A stretch of DNA of 64,000 nucleotides from a bacterium. Its GTDB lineage: Bacteria > Cyanobacteriota > Sericytochromatia > S15B-MN24 > UBA4093. A program made the position numbers and the translations under genes. Of this stretch, positions 1 through 8,766 are shown in pieces. The notes below the pieces were generated by a model. It was given only the letters and a program-made list of their open reading frames with translations, was not told the origin of the DNA and did no database searches. How positions within the stretch are numbered: the first letter of the stretch is position 1; the number at the start of each line of letters is the position of its first letter. Location: positions 13,902 to 77,901 of the forward strand of contig JAYKJE010000008.1 of assembly GCA_035285805.1 (NCBI GenBank). The letters run 5' to 3'.

Positions 1-111
1 TTGAGTTCATATAGCTTAGCACGGATGAATCCGCGGTTAACCGAGGTGAATTTCAGGTGAAACCACACCGAACTTGCGTGGATCCGCGCACGCTCCCGGG
101 GCATCGGGGGT

Positions 112-2007
112 ATGACTCTCCTTGTCGAGCCCATGCCCGATCAGGAGAACCGCGTGGACTGGCTCACCTCGGCCAGCAGGCACTTGCCGCCCGGATTTCA
201 GCTGTTCTCGCGTTTCCTCCGCCGTGACGCGGAGGAGCGGGGAAGACGGCCTGCGCCCGGCGGCCCCGTCCGAGCCACCGTTCAGGGTGGCCCTTCCGGA
301 ACGGCCGCGACGGGTCGTGGTGGGACGGCCTCCGATCCGAGGGGGACCGGCTCCGTCCCGGGCGTCCAGGGGCCGGGGGGTGAACCGGGGACCCTGAAGG
401 GGCCGACCGGTGCGGACGGCAAGCCGACCCGGTCCGAGAAGGATCGCCTGGCGAACTCGCCCGCGTGGACGATGGCCCTGCACCTGGGCACGAACATGGG
501 GTCCGAGGCAGGGGCCCAGGCCCAGTTCCAGCAGATTTCCCGGCTGGTCGCCGCCACCCGCGGCAAGCCCGTCGTGTTCGTCGTGCAGGCGCTCAAGCCT
601 CCGAAGACGCTCGATGACCTGCCTGTGCTCGAGCGCTACATCGTGCGCAACGGGCAGATGGACAAGGTCGCCGAACGCCCGGCCCGGTCCTACGCCTCGG
701 AAGTCGAGGAACTCGTGGCGATCGCCGGCAAGGAGGCCGGCACGGGGCGCATGGGAATCGTCCTGCAATCTCACGGGGAGGGGGCTTTCGGCCTCGACGA
801 CGACGCGCCGGGCGAGATGACCCTCCAGGAACTTCGCACCGCCATCCGCGGTGGTCTGTCCACGTCGGGCCGCTCCAAGGTCGATACCCTGTCGCTGAAT
901 GCCTGCCTGATGGGCCAGGCCGAGGTGCTCAACGCCGTGTCGGGCCTGTCCGACCATCTCCTGGCGTCCGCCGACGTCGAGTGGAGCGAGGTGGGGGCCG
1001 ATGGTACCCGCGTCGACGGCATGCCCATCCCGACGCTGCTCGAGACGCTGATCCAGCAGCCTGGCCTGACTGCCGAAGGCTTCATGGCCGAGGCCATCCA
1101 GCGCGCGGATCGCGGGACCCCCACCCTGTCCTACTTCGACATGGCTCGGTACCCGGGGCTGCAGGCGTCCTTGCATGCCTTTGCCTCGGCCCTCGAACGC
1201 GCAGGCCAGGATCCCGTCGCGCGCCCCGTGCTCCGGGACATCATCGATCAGATGGCCCCGTACGGGGCAGACGTCGTTCCCGAGGCGGAGCGCAGTTCGC
1301 CGGACGGGAGTCAGCGGGATCTGGGGCATTTCGTGACCGAGGTGATGCTCCGCGTGAGGGACGGTCGGCTTCCCGATCCGAACGGGGAACTGCTCCGGAC
1401 CTCGCGGTACATGGCCACGCATATCAGCGATCTCATCGTCTATCACCGGCAGACCGTCTCGCCCCGCGAAAAACAGCGCGACGTCGGGCTGGGGATCTTC
1501 CTGCCTGCCCGGGCCTTCTTCGAGGCCGACACTGCCCGGCAGACGCCCCTGTTCGGCGGGCTTCACACCCAGTTCGACGAGCTGCGAGCCGAAGGCGTGC
1601 CGCGCGACCATCGCGACCTCCAGTCGCGTCGGGCGCGCCTGGATTCCTTGCGCGATTTCATCGTCGAGCGCGTGATGCCCGGGGTCCCGGCGGACCAGCG
1701 GGCGGCCTTCACCCCCCTGTTCGACACGATCCGCAGGACCCGCTGGACCGATGATCCGGCGGCCTGGCAGCAGGGGCTCGATCAGGCCATCGTCGAACTG
1801 GAGGGGCTCGCCCGGGGACCGCTCGGCGATCGCGTCAGGCAACTGGCGATCGCCCACCGGGCCACCTTCGTGCACCAGACCCTCGAGAACCTGAGACCTC
1901 TCTCTCCCAGCGATGCCTGGATGCGTTTCGTGGCCTCGCTCGATCCCGCCCGTGACCCGATCCAGCCGCTGCCGCCCGTGCCGGATTCGGCCCCCGGAAC
2001 CCGTTGA
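112..2007 (+). CDS. Peptidase C11 (clostripain)-like cysteine protease family protein with G/P/R-rich N-terminal region
   Basis: 631-aa ORF. Motifs appear in family-like order: AWTMALHLGTNMGSE block, VVFVVQA, His-Gly in IVLQSHGEGAFG, Cys in LSLNACLMGQ, later GLGIFLP. The opposite-strand 678-aa ORF (37-2073) is an R/G/P-rich shadow. No signal peptide seen; start codon uncertain. Confidence 0.6.
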   Translation: MTLLVEPMPDQENRVDWLTSASRHLPPGFQLFSRFLRRDAEERGRRPAPGGPVRATVQGGPSGTAATGRGGTASDPRGTGSVPGVQGPGGEPGTLKGPTGADGKPTRSEKDRLANSPAWTMALHLGTNMGSEAGAQAQFQQISRLVAATRGKPVVFVVQALKPPKTLDDLPVLERYIVRNGQMDKVAERPARSYASEVEELVAIAGKEAGTGRMGIVLQSHGEGAFGLDDDAPGEMTLQELRTAIRGGLSTSGRSKVDTLSLNACLMGQAEVLNAVSGLSDHLLASADVEWSEVGADGTRVDGMPIPTLLETLIQQPGLTAEGFMAEAIQRADRGTPTLSYFDMARYPGLQASLHAFASALERAGQDPVARPVLRDIIDQMAPYGADVVPEAERSSPDGSQRDLGHFVTEVMLRVRDGRLPDPNGELLRTSRYMATHISDLIVYHRQTVSPREKQRDVGLGIFLPARAFFEADTARQTPLFGGLHTQFDELRAEGVPRDHRDLQSRRARLDSLRDFIVERVMPGVPADQRAAFTPLFDTIRRTRWTDDPAAWQQGLDQAIVELEGLARGPLGDRVRQLAIAHRATFVHQTLENLRPLSPSDAWMRFVASLDPARDPIQPLPPVPDSAPGTR

Positions 2008-2071
2008 AGGGGGAATCCAGATCGCGTAACATGCTGCGATAACCTTTTCTTTAACCAAGGAGGATCGAGGC

Positions 2072-2518
2072 ATGCATCGTTCGCTCGGATGGCTCGGGGT
2101 CCTGCTGCTGCAGGCAGGGTGCGCGGTGGCTCACCCCGTGTCCGAATCTCCGTCCACCGGATCCCTCGCACCTGCCTCGACGGCCTCGCTCCGGACCGCT
2201 GCCGTCGTGACCGTCACCGTGGAGCAGGCGCGGCAGCGCCTCCAGGCCGACCCCGCCCTGCGCCTCGTCGACGTCCGGAATCCGGACGAGTTTGCCGAGA
2301 GCCGCATCGCCCGCGCCGAGTTGCTGCCCCTGCCGGAACTCGAGAAGTGGGCTCCGAAGCTCGATCCGCGCAAGCCTCTCGTGCTGATCTGCCGGAGCGG
2401 TCGTCGGAGCGGTGCTGCCGCCGAGGCGCTCGCCAAGCGCGGATTTGCCTCCGTCGTCTCGGTCGACGGGGGGATGCTGGCCTGGGAAGCGGCGGGTTAC
2501 CCCGTCATCCGGCCCTGA
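2072..2518 (+). CDS. Rhodanese-domain lipoprotein (sulfurtransferase-like)
   Basis: AAGGAGG upstream of the ATG. Lipobox-like LLLQAGC. Rhodanese core VDVRNPDEF ... active-site loop CRSGRRS ... GGMLAW. Confidence 0.8.
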   Translation: MHRSLGWLGVLLLQAGCAVAHPVSESPSTGSLAPASTASLRTAAVVTVTVEQARQRLQADPALRLVDVRNPDEFAESRIARAELLPLPELEKWAPKLDPRKPLVLICRSGRRSGAAAEALAKRGFASVVSVDGGMLAWEAAGYPVIRP

Positions 2519-2539
2519 TGACCGGGAGAGGAGCTGCTC

Positions 2540-4105
2540 TTGACCTTGCCTACCACTACCTCGACCCCGAGCGTGCCCGCGGCGCTGGAGGAGAGCTTCT
2601 ACCAGCTCGTCGTCGAGACCTCCACGAACCTTCCCTCCGACGTGCGGACGGCTCTCCATGCGGCCCAGGCGCGTGAAGACGCGTCCACGCGCTCGGCCCT
2701 GGCTCTGACAACCATCGGTCACAATGTCGACATGGCTGCAGATGCGACATTGCCCATCTGTCAGGATACGGGCATGCCGACGTTCTTCGTGAATACCCCC
2801 GTCGGGGTCAACCAGCTCGTCCTCCGCGAAGCCATCCGTCAGGCCGTGGCCCGCGCCACCCGCGACGGCAAGCTGCGCCCCAACTCGGTCGACAGCCTCA
2901 CGGGGGCCAATGCCGGGGACAACCTCGGCCCGGGGATGCCCGTCATCCACTTCGAGCAGTGGGAGCACGCCCATGTCGAGGCAAAGCTGATTCTCAAGGG
3001 CGGCGGGTGCGAGAACAAGAACATCCAGTATTCGTTGCCCTGCGAGCTTCCTGGCCTGGGCAAGGCCAATCGCGACCTCGACGGCGTGCGCAAGTGCATC
3101 CTGCATGCGGTGCACCAGGCACAGGGTCAGGGCTGTTCGGCCGGATTCATCGGCGTGGCCGTGGGCGGAGATCGGACGACGGGTTACGAGGAAGCCAAGC
3201 ACCAGCTCCTGCGCGCCTGTGACGACGAGCATCCCGATCCCCGTCTCGCGGCGCTCGAAGCCTACGTCATGGAGAAGGCCAACCAGCTCGGAGTGGGCAC
3301 CATGGGCTTCGGCGGCGACGTCACGCTTCTGGGCTGCAAGGTGGGCGTCCTGAACCGCCTGCCTGCGAGCTTCTTCGTCTCCGTCGCTTACAACTGCTGG
3401 GCCTTCCGCCGGCTGGGCATCGAGCTCGACCCGGAATCGGGCCGGATCCTGGCCTGGCAGTACCGCCAGCCACCGGCCGAGGCCCTGCGTCTCTCGCCCG
3501 GAGGTGTCGGCGGCTTCGCGACGGGTCGCGAGGTCCATCTGCAGGCGCCCATCACCGAGGAACAGGTCCGGGCGCTGAGGGTCGGTGACGTCGTGGTCCT
3601 GAACGGTCGCATGGTGACGGGCCGTGATGCCATCCACAAGCACCTCATGGACCACGAACCGCCCGTCTCCCTCGAGGGGGCGGCGCTCTACCACTGCGGT
3701 CCCGTCGTGCGCAAGGTCGGTGAGGCCGGCTACGAGGTCCTGGCTGCCGGTCCGACCACCAGCATCCGCGAGGAACCCTACCAGCACGAGGTGATCCGTC
3801 GCTATGGCGTGCGGGCCGTCATCGGCAAGGGGGGCATGGGCGACAGGACCCTCAAGGCGCTCCAGGAGCATGGAGCCGTCTATCTGAACGCGATCGGCGG
3901 AGCTGCCCAGTACTATGCGCGCTGCGTGAAGCGTGTGGCCGGGGTCGAGTTGCTCGAGTTCGGGACGCCCGAGGCGATGTGGCAGCTCGATGTCGAGGGC
4001 TTCGCTGCGATCGTCACCATGGACAGCCATGGCAACAGCCTGCACCGGGACGTCGAGGCGACCTCGGAAGAGCGCCTCGCCGCACTCGCCGCACCGGTTT
4101 TCTAG
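2540..4105 (+). CDS. Class I (Fe-S dependent) fumarate/tartrate hydratase, fused alpha+beta subunits
   Basis: 521-aa ORF from TTG with GGAGAGGAG upstream. The N-terminal half contains LPICQDTGMPTFFV. The C-terminal half contains GRMVTGRDAIHKHL and AVIGKGGMG, typical of the beta-type Fe-S hydro-lyase subunit. Confidence 0.8.
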   Translation: MTLPTTTSTPSVPAALEESFYQLVVETSTNLPSDVRTALHAAQAREDASTRSALALTTIGHNVDMAADATLPICQDTGMPTFFVNTPVGVNQLVLREAIRQAVARATRDGKLRPNSVDSLTGANAGDNLGPGMPVIHFEQWEHAHVEAKLILKGGGCENKNIQYSLPCELPGLGKANRDLDGVRKCILHAVHQAQGQGCSAGFIGVAVGGDRTTGYEEAKHQLLRACDDEHPDPRLAALEAYVMEKANQLGVGTMGFGGDVTLLGCKVGVLNRLPASFFVSVAYNCWAFRRLGIELDPESGRILAWQYRQPPAEALRLSPGGVGGFATGREVHLQAPITEEQVRALRVGDVVVLNGRMVTGRDAIHKHLMDHEPPVSLEGAALYHCGPVVRKVGEAGYEVLAAGPTTSIREEPYQHEVIRRYGVRAVIGKGGMGDRTLKALQEHGAVYLNAIGGAAQYYARCVKRVAGVELLEFGTPEAMWQLDVEGFAAIVTMDSHGNSLHRDVEATSEERLAALAAPVF

Positions 4106-4127
4106 AACCTGACCCGTGCATGCAAGC

Positions 4128-4156
4128 GAGTGGGGTGGCCATCGGCCACCCCACTC
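4128..4156 (+). terminator. G+C-rich hairpin downstream of the hydratase gene (13-bp perfect stem, 3-nt loop, no clear U-tract)
   Basis: GAGTGGGGTGGCC-atc-GGCCACCCCACTC read directly; it starts 23 nt after the stop codon. Confidence 0.5.
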
Positions 4157-4184
4157 TTGACTCGCGGGCTGGCCCGGCCCATGT

Positions 4185-4204
4185 ATTTAGATATCTGTCG
4201 AAAT
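4185..4204. promoter_or_regulatory. AT-rich dyad upstream of the ArsR-family gene (candidate operator/promoter)
   Basis: ATTT-AGATATCT-GTCG-AAAT. It contains the 8-bp palindrome AGATATCT in a locally AT-rich patch 26 nt upstream of the ATG at 4230. Confidence 0.3.
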
Positions 4205-4229
4205 AAGAAACGGTAGAAGCGAGGTCCTC

Positions 4230-4520
4230 ATGTCGCTGGATCGGGTCTTCCGGGCGATCGCCGATCCCACCCGTCGGGAGATCTTGCGTCACCTGCGGCG
4301 ACAATCGCTCACGGCAGGTGACATCGCTGACCGGTTCACCCTGTCGAAGCCCTCGATTTCTCATCACCTGGCGCAGCTTCGGGAGGCGGACCTCGTTTTC
4401 ACGGAGCGCGTGGGGACCTCGATCCGCTACCACCTGAATCTGTCCGTCTTCGAGGAACTTCTGACGGACCTGGTCGAACTCTGGAAAGGAGGGGGCCGTG
4501 ACACCCCGGTTGAAGACTGA
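4230..4520 (+). CDS. ArsR/SmtB-family (SdpR-like) transcriptional regulator
   Basis: FRAIADPTRREILRHL ... AGDIADRFTLSKPSISHHLAQLREADLV winged-HTH signature. Confidence 0.85.
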   Translation: MSLDRVFRAIADPTRREILRHLRRQSLTAGDIADRFTLSKPSISHHLAQLREADLVFTERVGTSIRYHLNLSVFEELLTDLVELWKGGGRDTPVED

Positions 4521-5148
4521 AGCAGTCCCGGCTCTGATGATTCTGGCCTCCTGGCTGTTCGTCGCTCACCACTGGGGACGTCTGCCTGATCAGATTCCCG
4601 TCCACTGGGGCCTTTCCGGCACTCCCGATGCTTTTGCACCCAAGGTCCCGGGCGTCTTCATGATTCCCGCCATCGGTACGATGCTGACGCTGACCATGAT
4701 GGCCTGGCCCGCTTTCGCTCCACGTTCGTCTGCACGGGAGACCCTGCTCGGTGTTTTTCAGGTGCTCAAGGTCGCCATTTCCGCTTTCTTCTGCGTGCTG
4801 ACGTATCTGGTCTTGCAGGCTGACGTTTCACCGGGGCACACGCTCACCATGTCAGCGATCACGACCCTGGTCGGGATCCTGTTCGTGATCCTCGGGGATA
4901 GGTTGCCCAAGATCCGGCCCAACGGCTGGCTCGGGATCCGGACTCCCTGGACACTTGCCCATCCCGAGGTCTGGGAGCGGACTCACCGGCAGATGGGCAA
5001 GTGGTTCGTCTTTTCGGGGTTGCTGATCGTGCTGGCCACCGTCTCGTCTGCCAGGACTCAGGTCGTGGTCTTGATCGTGGCCGTGCTCGGAGTATCGGGC
5101 GGAAGTCTCATCGTCTCGATCTCCGAGTACCGCAAGGTACAGGGCTGA
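4498..5148 (+). CDS. SdpI/YhfL-family membrane protein (DUF1648 + SdpI domains)
   Basis: GTG start preceded by GGAAAGGAGGGGG; overlaps the ArsR gene by 23 nt. LPDQIPVHWGLSGTPDAF (DUF1648-like) and NGWLGIRTPWTLAHPEVWERTHR (SdpI-like); several hydrophobic helices. Confidence 0.7.
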   Translation: MTPRLKTEAVPALMILASWLFVAHHWGRLPDQIPVHWGLSGTPDAFAPKVPGVFMIPAIGTMLTLTMMAWPAFAPRSSARETLLGVFQVLKVAISAFFCVLTYLVLQADVSPGHTLTMSAITTLVGILFVILGDRLPKIRPNGWLGIRTPWTLAHPEVWERTHRQMGKWFVFSGLLIVLATVSSARTQVVVLIVAVLGVSGGSLIVSISEYRKVQG

Positions 5149-5152
5149 TGTG

Positions 5153-6253
5153 CTAGAGAATGCCCGGCGATTCCTGGAGCGCGAGCGAGCCCTGCCGCGT
5201 CGCGGCATGAGGTCGGTTCTCGGCCTGCCCGGCCCCCGTCACCCGGACGAACTCGATGGTCTGGGAGTGCAGGTCGGGGATGCTGCGCGCATTCACGTAG
5301 CTGAGGCCCGAACGGATCCCGCCCTCGAGTTCACGGACCAGGGCCGCGACGGGCCCCTTGGTCGGGATCAGGGTCGAGATGCCCTCGGGCGTTCGCTCGA
5401 TCCCGACCTTGCGCTGGGCTCCGACCGAGGCCATCCCCCGGTAGACCTTGTAGGCGCGATCATGCTCCACCAGCGTGTCACCCGGGGCCTCGTCCGTGCC
5501 GGCGAACAGGCTGCCGATCATGACGCTGTCCGCGCCGGCAGCCAGGGCCTTCACGATGTCTCCCGAATTGCGGATCCCGCCGTCGGCGATGAGCGTCGGT
5601 CGATGGGCGGCACGCGGCCGCGCCTTGCGGGCCTCGACCTCGTACCAGCGATCGAGCGCTGCGCGACAGCGCATGATGGCCGTGAGTTGAGGCATGCCGG
5701 CGCCGGTGACGATCCGCGTCGTGCAGACCGCGCCTGGCCCCACGCCGACCTTGATGGCGTGGGCACCGGCTTCGAGGAGGTCCCAGGTTCCTTCGGGCGT
5801 CGCCACGTTCCCGGCGATGATCCCGAGGTCGGGGAAGCGCTCCCGTACGGCCTGGATCGTCTCGATGACCCGGTCGGAGTGGCCGTGGGCCACGTCGATG
5901 AGCACGCCGTGAGCTCCTTCGGTGGCTGCGATGCGGTCCATATCTTCCGGTTTCACCCCGATCGTCACGATCCGGATGCCGGGTACCGAGGCCACCAGGT
6001 GTCCGTGCGCGATCGGATCGGCCACGAAGCGGTGGATGATGCCCAGACCGCCAAGGGCATGCATGGCCCTGGCCATCTCGCCTTCGGTCACCGTGTCCAT
6101 GTTGGCACTGATGAGCGGCAGTTCGAGCGTGAGATCGGCGAAGAGACGCGTCCGGAGACTCACGTCTCGCCGGGAGTGAACGCTGGAACGTTTCGGGACG
6201 ATCAGGACATCATCGAAGGTCAAACCTTCGTGCTCGAGAATCTTGATGGCCAC
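5153..6253 (-). CDS. IMP dehydrogenase/GMP reductase family protein lacking a CBS (Bateman) insert
   Basis: [21 protein letters not shown], catalytic-Cys loop [40 protein letters not shown]. At 366 aa there is no room for a CBS pair. Confidence 0.8.
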   Translation of the reverse strand: MAIKILEHEGLTFDDVLIVPKRSSVHSRRDVSLRTRLFADLTLELPLISANMDTVTEGEMARAMHALGGLGIIHRFVADPIAHGHLVASVPGIRIVTIGVKPEDMDRIAATEGAHGVLIDVAHGHSDRVIETIQAVRERFPDLGIIAGNVATPEGTWDLLEAGAHAIKVGVGPGAVCTTRIVTGAGMPQLTAIMRCRAALDRWYEVEARKARPRAAHRPTLIADGGIRNSGDIVKALAAGADSVMIGSLFAGTDEAPGDTLVEHDRAYKVYRGMASVGAQRKVGIERTPEGISTLIPTKGPVAALVRELEGGIRSGLSYVNARSIPDLHSQTIEFVRVTGAGQAENRPHAATRQGSLALQESPGIL

Positions 6254-6278
6254 GGGCGAGTTCGCTGAGGGAGGTGGT

Positions 6279-6548
6279 TCAGGCCTGGGTTGCCTTGCGG
6301 GCCAGCGAAGCGACCGGGACCACCCGAGGCTGTCCGACGTCGCTTTCCCACTCGATGGTGAAGAAACTGGTCGAACCCGACTTGCTGCTGCGTCCGCCGG
6401 AGCGCTCGTAGACCATCACCGCGCAGGCCACGTCCGTGCTTTCTACCAGCGTGTATTCCCCGTTTCGTGGAACCAGGCCCAGCGAGATCGCTTCCTGCAC
6501 CTTGCTCCGTGCCATCGTGGACCACTTTGCACCCAGTAGCATCGCCAT
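6279..6548 (-). CDS. Small hypothetical protein (about 89 aa), co-oriented with and 25 nt upstream of the IMPDH-family gene
   Basis: ORF with G/C-biased third codon positions; GAAGGGAG lies 11 nt upstream of the ATG at 6548. No recognisable motif. Alternative starts at 6542 and 6515. Confidence 0.45.
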   Translation of the reverse strand: MAMLLGAKWSTMARSKVQEAISLGLVPRNGEYTLVESTDVACAVMVYERSGGRSSKSGSTSFFTIEWESDVGQPRVVPVASLARKATQA

Positions 6549-6734
6549 CGCGTCAGAGGCTCCCTTCGGGGCTAAAGCAGGCAAGCATCCTCGCCAGACG
6601 AGGATTCGCCGAACCGTCGAGGCAGGCTCGAGCCCCCTCTCCAAAGCTTCGTTAACAGCATACCATGAAAGGTGAATTTGCGTTGATGACGATCACGGCC
6701 AGAATGCATCCAGTTCGTCCGGTGACCGGTGAAC

Positions 6735-6764
6735 CTGACACACCGGGCGCTGGCCGTGTAGACT
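6735..6764 (+). promoter_or_regulatory. Possible sigma70-like promoter for malQ (CTGACA-18 nt-TAGACT)
   Basis: Hexamers read directly from the sequence, 35 nt upstream of the GTG at 6799. Confidence 0.3.
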
Positions 6765-6798
6765 GGACGCGTTCGCCTGTCTTCGACCCGGAGGTCTC

Positions 6799-8283
6799 GT
6801 GAAACTGACCCGTTCAGCCGGTATCCTGCTCCATCCGACCTCGCTTCCTGCGCCGCATGGCGTCGGGAACATCGGCCAAGCCTCCCGCGCGTGCATCGAC
6901 TTCCTGGCGCGAGCCGGGCAGACCTACTGGCAGATGTTGCCGCTGGGTCCCATCACGTACGGGGATTCGCCCTACCAGGCGCTTTCGGCCTTCGCCGGAT
7001 GTCCGCTCCTCGTCGACCTCGAGGACCTCGTGGAGGCGGGCTGGCTCGACCGATCGGATCTCGAGGGGGCTCCCGATCACGCGCACGCCGTCCGGTACAG
7101 CGAGGTCATTCCCTTCCACGACCGGATGCTCGCGCTGGCCTGGGAGCGCTTCCAGGCGCGGTCCGAGGCGTCCGCCCGCGAGGCCATGGCCGCCTTTGCG
7201 GCCGGGCAGGCCGAGTGGCTCGAGGAGTTTGCCCTGTTCATGGCCCTCAAGCTCTCCCTCGGCGGCGCCGCCTGGACCTCGTGGCCCGAGGAGCTTCGGC
7301 GCCGTGACGATGGCGCCCTTGCCCGGGCTCGCGAGGAACTCGCGGACGGTATCGCCTACCAGGTCTTCGTGCAGTGGCTCTTCCACGAACAGATGCTGGC
7401 CCTGCGTGCCCATGCAGCCGACCGTGGCATCCGCCTGATCGGCGACCTTCCCATCTTCGTCTCGATGGACAGCGCGGATGCCTGGGCGCATCCCGAGCTG
7501 TTTCACTTCGACGAGAAGGGTCATGCCACCGTCGTGGCGGGTGTGCCTCCCGATTACTTCAGCGAGACCGGTCAGCTCTGGGGCAATCCACTCTACCGCT
7601 GGGAAGCCAGCCGCGCGACCGGACATGCCTGGTGGATCGCCCGCATGCGGCAGGCACTCGCCCAGTTCGACCTCGTCCGCATCGATCACTTCCGGGGCTT
7701 CGAGGCGTACTGGGAGATTCCCGCAGGGGCCCTGAATGCCATCGGCGGACGCTGGGTGCCGGGGCCGGGGCTCGAGCTCTTCGAGGCCCTGGGGCGTGAA
7801 CTCGGTGATCTGCCGGTCATCGCAGAGGACCTGGGACTCATCACGCCCGAGGTCGAGGCCCTGCGGGATGGTGCCGGATTGCCCGGCATGAAGATCCTCC
7901 AGTTCGCGTTCGGCGGGGATGACGACAATGCCTACCTGCCGCACCGTCACGTCGAGCACGGCGTCGTCTATACCGGGACCCACGACAACGACACCACCGT
8001 CGGGTGGTGGCAGTCGGCCGAGGCGCCCGTGCGCGACCATGCGTGCCGGGTGCTCGGGGTCGCTCCCGAGCATGTTCCGGGTGCCCTCATCGAGGCCGCT
8101 CTCGGTTCCCGGGCCAACCTGGCCGTGATCCCGTTGCAGGACTGGCTCGGTCTCGGTGCGGAAGCCCGCATGAACACGCCGGGCCTCCCGGAGGGCAACT
8201 GGGCCTGGAGGGTGGCGCCTGGAGCCCTGGTCGAGGGGCTCGCCGAGCACATCGCCGCCCGGACGCGGGCCCACGGGCGATAG
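6799..8283 (+). CDS. malQ: 4-alpha-glucanotransferase (amylomaltase)
   Basis: GILLHPTSLP ... YWQMLPLGP ... DSPYQALSAFAG ... RIDHFRGF ... IAEDLG ... YTGTHDNDT. GTG start after GGAGG. Confidence 0.9.
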   Translation: MKLTRSAGILLHPTSLPAPHGVGNIGQASRACIDFLARAGQTYWQMLPLGPITYGDSPYQALSAFAGCPLLVDLEDLVEAGWLDRSDLEGAPDHAHAVRYSEVIPFHDRMLALAWERFQARSEASAREAMAAFAAGQAEWLEEFALFMALKLSLGGAAWTSWPEELRRRDDGALARAREELADGIAYQVFVQWLFHEQMLALRAHAADRGIRLIGDLPIFVSMDSADAWAHPELFHFDEKGHATVVAGVPPDYFSETGQLWGNPLYRWEASRATGHAWWIARMRQALAQFDLVRIDHFRGFEAYWEIPAGALNAIGGRWVPGPGLELFEALGRELGDLPVIAEDLGLITPEVEALRDGAGLPGMKILQFAFGGDDDNAYLPHRHVEHGVVYTGTHDNDTTVGWWQSAEAPVRDHACRVLGVAPEHVPGALIEAALGSRANLAVIPLQDWLGLGAEARMNTPGLPEGNWAWRVAPGALVEGLAEHIAARTRAHGR

Positions 8284-8292
8284 CGGACTTGC

Positions 8293-8325
8293 CGGGATCG
8301 GTCCCATCCTCCGGGACCGATCCCG
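8293..8325 (+). terminator. G+C-rich hairpin after malQ (13-bp perfect stem, 7-nt loop, no U-tract)
   Basis: CGGGATCGGTCCC-atcctcc-GGGACCGATCCCG. Confidence 0.5.
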
Positions 8326-8376
8326 TGCTCGCCCGGTCACGGCCAGGGCGGGGCGCCTCGCGGAGGAAGGTGGGCC

Positions 8377-8766
8377 ATGAAGGTCCTGATCGTCGATGAT
8401 GAAGTCCTCGGAGTCGAGGCCCTCTCGCTCATCCTGCAGCGGGAAGGTCATGACATCCTGGTGGCCTACGACGCCCCCGAGGGGGTGTCGCTCGCGCTCG
8501 CCGAACGGCCTGACCTGGTGATCATGGATGTCACCATGCCGGGCGCCTACGACGGACTCGAAGGAGTTCGCCGCCTGCGGGCGCACCCCGGGTTCACGGG
8601 GCTACTCGTCTGTCAGACGGCCCTGCCCGAGATGGAAGCGCTGGCCCGCGTCGACCATGAGGGCCCTCATCACTGGCTCCAGAAGCCTTTCAGGCGAGCC
8701 GAGCTGCTGGCTCTGCTGTCGCGGCTGCAATCATGGCGCCACGCGCAGTCGAGCCAGGAGACGTAG
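8377..8766 (+). CDS. Single-domain (CheY-like) response regulator receiver protein
   Basis: MKVLIVDDE ... DLVIMDVTMPG ... LQKPF; no output domain. Confidence 0.85.
   Translation: MKVLIVDDEVLGVEALSLILQREGHDILVAYDAPEGVSLALAERPDLVIMDVTMPGAYDGLEGVRRLRAHPGFTGLLVCQTALPEMEALARVDHEGPHHWLQKPFRRAELLALLSRLQSWRHAQSSQET

Noticed and set aside
1-111. Lower-GC 111-nt stretch at the window edge with imperfect direct repeat GGATGAATCCGCGG / GGATCCGCGC
   Set aside because: Too short and truncated by the window edge. No convincing RNA fold or promoter hexamers; probably just the leader or promoter region of the C11-like gene.
340-440. Collagen-like G-x-y pattern in the C11 protein N-terminus (GEPGTLKGPTGADGKP)
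   Set aside because: Only about 5 triplets and out of phase after GTL-K. It is better described as generic G/P-rich disorder.
37-2073. 678-aa minus-strand ORF at the window start
   Set aside because: Antisense to the C11-like gene, which carries an ordered set of family motifs; the minus-strand translation is R/G/P-rich and motif-free.
2051-4045. 664-aa minus-strand ORF
   Set aside because: Antisense to the rhodanese and class I hydratase genes; shadow ORF.
6814-8586. 590-aa minus-strand ORF
   Set aside because: Antisense to malQ and the response regulator gene; shadow ORF.
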